45,229 bases of DNA, taken from positions 1 to 45,229 of the forward strand of contig JASGDR010000125.1 in the NCBI GenBank assembly GCA_047607095.1, read 5' to 3'. Below, in pieces: positions 40,097 through 45,229 of the stretch (positions within the stretch are counted from its first letter, which is position 1; every line of letters starts with the position of its first letter). The notes under the pieces are model-generated. The model did no database searches. It was not told where the DNA came from and saw nothing but the letters and a program-made list of their open reading frames with translations. Both the position numbers and the translations under genes were made by a program. This DNA is from Caulobacter sp. GTDB taxonomy: Bacteria; Pseudomonadota; Alphaproteobacteria; Caulobacterales; Caulobacteraceae.

Positions 40097-41449
40097 ATGG
40101 ACGGTTTCAACAGGCGCACGGTGCTCGGCGGCGCGACCGCCGGCCTGATGCTCGCTCCCGCTGCCGCCCTGGCCGCCACGGGCAAGGCCAAGGTGCTGAT
40201 GCTGTCGGACCTGCACTCGGCCTACGGGATCATGCCGGCCCTGCTGGAGGCCATGCGCCGCATCGTCCGCCGCGACGCGACGCCCAGCCTGATCCTCTTG
40301 AACGGCGACCTCTTCGAGGCGGGCAACGTCGTGGCCAAGCGCAGCGACGGCGAACTCGACTGGGCCTTTCTGGAGGCCGTCTCGAAGCTGGCCCCCACGG
40401 TCATCAATATCGGCAACCACGACGCCGACCTGGTGGAGGACATCGCCGCCGCCGCCGATCGCGCCCGGGCCCTGGGCGTCACAGTGGTCAGCAACATCGT
40501 CGACAAGCGCACCGGCCGGCCGGTCGCCGGCTCGCGCGCCACCCTCGACCTCGGCTTTCCGGTGCATCTGATCGGCTGGGCCACCAACTCGATCGACACC
40601 TATCCCAAGGCCATCCGGCCCGACCTGTCGATCCCCGCCCCGACGCCTTGGGCGCGCGAACAGCTGCCGTCCGCGCCGCCGGAAGACGGGATGCTGGTGG
40701 TGATGAGCCACGCCGGCCTGCCCGCCGACCGGCCGCTGCTGCCCTCGCTGCCCGACCGCACCCTGTTCCTGGGCGGCCACAACCACCTCACCGTCGAGCA
40801 TGCGCAAGGCGCCAGCCGTTACGTCCACACCGGCGCCTGGGGCCGGCCGCTGACGGTGGCGACCATCGACCGCGCGCGGGTCAGGGACCCGATCCGCATT
40901 TCCCGTGTGGTCGTCGATCCGAACGGCCCGGCCGATCCGGCGCTGAAGCGCCACGTCCAGGCGGTGCTGGCTGCGCGCTTGCTGCCCGAGGAGCAGGCGG
41001 TGGTCGCTCGCATCCCCAAGGCCCTGTCGCTGGGCGACAGCGGCCGCAAGGTCGCCGGCCTGATGGCCAGGGCGGCGGGCGCCGACGTCGGGTTCATGGG
41101 CCACACCACCATGGGCATGGGCCTGCCGGCCGGCCCCCTGACCCGCTACGCCTACGACTCCGTCGTCCGCTTCGACGGAACGATCATGAGAGCCGAGGTC
41201 GACGCGGCGACCCTGGCCGACATCGTCTCGCGCGCCGACCAGGACCGCGGCTTTCCGTTCGACAAGCTGACCGGCGACTTCGCCTACGCCAGCGGCCCCG
41301 TCCGTCCCGACAAGACCCACCTCTCCATCGTCACCACCGACTGGTGCGCCAAGCGCCAGAAGGAGTATTTCGGCCGCGAGGACCTGGCGTTCGTCGAGAC
41401 CGGACTGAAGGTGAAGCCGTCGATCCTGGCGGGGTTGGCGGCGGGTTGA
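40097..41449 (+). CDS. Tat-exported metallophosphoesterase / 5'-nucleotidase
   Basis: FNRRTVLGG Tat motif; DLH, GD, GNHD, SH, GGHNH calcineurin-like motifs; C-terminal nucleotidase-like domain. Confidence 0.87.
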   Translation: MDGFNRRTVLGGATAGLMLAPAAALAATGKAKVLMLSDLHSAYGIMPALLEAMRRIVRRDATPSLILLNGDLFEAGNVVAKRSDGELDWAFLEAVSKLAPTVINIGNHDADLVEDIAAAADRARALGVTVVSNIVDKRTGRPVAGSRATLDLGFPVHLIGWATNSIDTYPKAIRPDLSIPAPTPWAREQLPSAPPEDGMLVVMSHAGLPADRPLLPSLPDRTLFLGGHNHLTVEHAQGASRYVHTGAWGRPLTVATIDRARVRDPIRISRVVVDPNGPADPALKRHVQAVLAARLLPEEQAVVARIPKALSLGDSGRKVAGLMARAAGADVGFMGHTTMGMGLPAGPLTRYAYDSVVRFDGTIMRAEVDAATLADIVSRADQDRGFPFDKLTGDFAYASGPVRPDKTHLSIVTTDWCAKRQKEYFGREDLAFVETGLKVKPSILAGLAAG

Positions 41450-41602
41450 ACCCTTCTCCCATAGGGAGAAGGTGGCCTGCGAAGCAGGTCGGATGAGGGG
41501 TTAGGGACTGAAGACGGCGTGCCGGCACGACGGCCGACACCGTAACCCCTCACCCTCCCACGCTACGCGCGGGCCCCTCCCTCTCCCTCTGGGAGAGGGT
41601 TC
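41448..41602. repeat. Composite palindromic repeat (family C-related)
   Basis: CCTTCTCCC-ATA-GGGAGAAGG, CCTGC-GAA-GCAGG, TGAGGGGTTA...TAACCCCTCA and CCCTCTCCC..GGGAGAGGG. Confidence 0.8.
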
Positions 41603-41604
41603 GA

Positions 41605-43425
<1,821 letters not shown>

Positions 43426-43621
43426 GGGACATGATCCTTTGTAGAACCGGCCGACAGGACTTATTGCTACCAGCACGGGATATTTCGAGCGCGGCCTTTA
43501 GCACTCGTGCAGGGACCGGCGACGTAAATCTGCATTTCGGATCGTTTCGCGATCCAGACTCCGCCCTGGCGAGGCTCTATATGGGCCGCGCAAGTTCACT
43601 CAGAGCCATACGAAGACCACC

Positions 43622-44968
<1,347 letters not shown>

Positions 44969-44972
44969 AGCC

Positions 44973-45229
44973 TCAGCCCTTGGCCAGGCGGCCGGGGGTG
45001 ACGGCGTAGCGGCCGACCAGGCCCAGCGCCTCGCCCACCGCCTCGTGCTCGGCGCCCAGCAGCTTGGTCAGCTCCTCGATGGCCGGGGTCACCCCGGCCG
45101 TCAGCACGTCCCGCAGGCTGTCGGCCTTGATGGGCTCGGGCGAGCGGTCGTACAGCACGGCGGTCTTGATCCGCTCGGCCTCCTCCAGCCCGCCCTTGAC
45201 CAGGCCGCCGAGGATCGCGTCCTCGAACA
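44973..45229 (-). CDS. 3' end of a hypothetical protein (partial, continues beyond the window)
   Basis: Frame is open to the window edge (...FEDAILGGLVKGGLEEAERIKTAVLYDRSPEP...GRLAKG*) with GC3-rich codons. Confidence 0.7.
   Translation of the reverse strand, partial: FEDAILGGLVKGGLEEAERIKTAVLYDRSPEPIKADSLRDVLTAGVTPAIEELTKLLGAEHEAVGEALGLVGRYAVTPGRLAKG

Noticed and set aside
43426-43621. glmS ribozyme
   Set aside because: It is mainly a Firmicutes element, and I see no matching core sequence in this short divergent promoter.

Overview
GC-rich alphaproteobacterial chromosome segment, most likely Caulobacter or a close Caulobacteraceae relative. This call rests on flmA/flmB, the chvI-chvG-hprK-EIIA-HPr block, a cpaL-like adhesin, cnoX/proX, and CtrA- and SigT-like motifs. 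Most of the window is ordinary core genome: tadA, pseB/pseC, chvIG-PTS, an M16 protease, bioB, CYTH-CHAD, AsmA, ahcY, pyridoxal kinase, rarD, asd, a Ubi hydroxylase, Trm112, a LON-N protein, cnoX, ProX, an OmpA lipoprotein, a 2OG oxygenase, a TadG/vWA adhesin, LysR-AKR, a 5'-nucleotidase, glmS and glmM. Single accessory genes and REP-like palindromic repeats are interspersed. I see no CRISPR array, rRNA, tRNA, transposase or integrase, and no clear-cut multi-gene novel system. The most unusual items are: (1) a 67-bp near-perfect inverted repeat at the window start that overlaps an antitoxin-like ORF of a VapBC-type pair translationally coupled to tadA (possibly an assembly fold-back); (2) two small ORFs missing from the ORF track (39 aa and 34 aa); (3) a small secreted protein with a TonB-box-like motif but no barrel; (4) a zinc-ribbon/M50/TPR protease; (5) a 568-aa unknown protein with a CtrA-like site next to the flagellin-glycosylation genes. 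All protein calls come from motifs recognised by eye; no database search was run.
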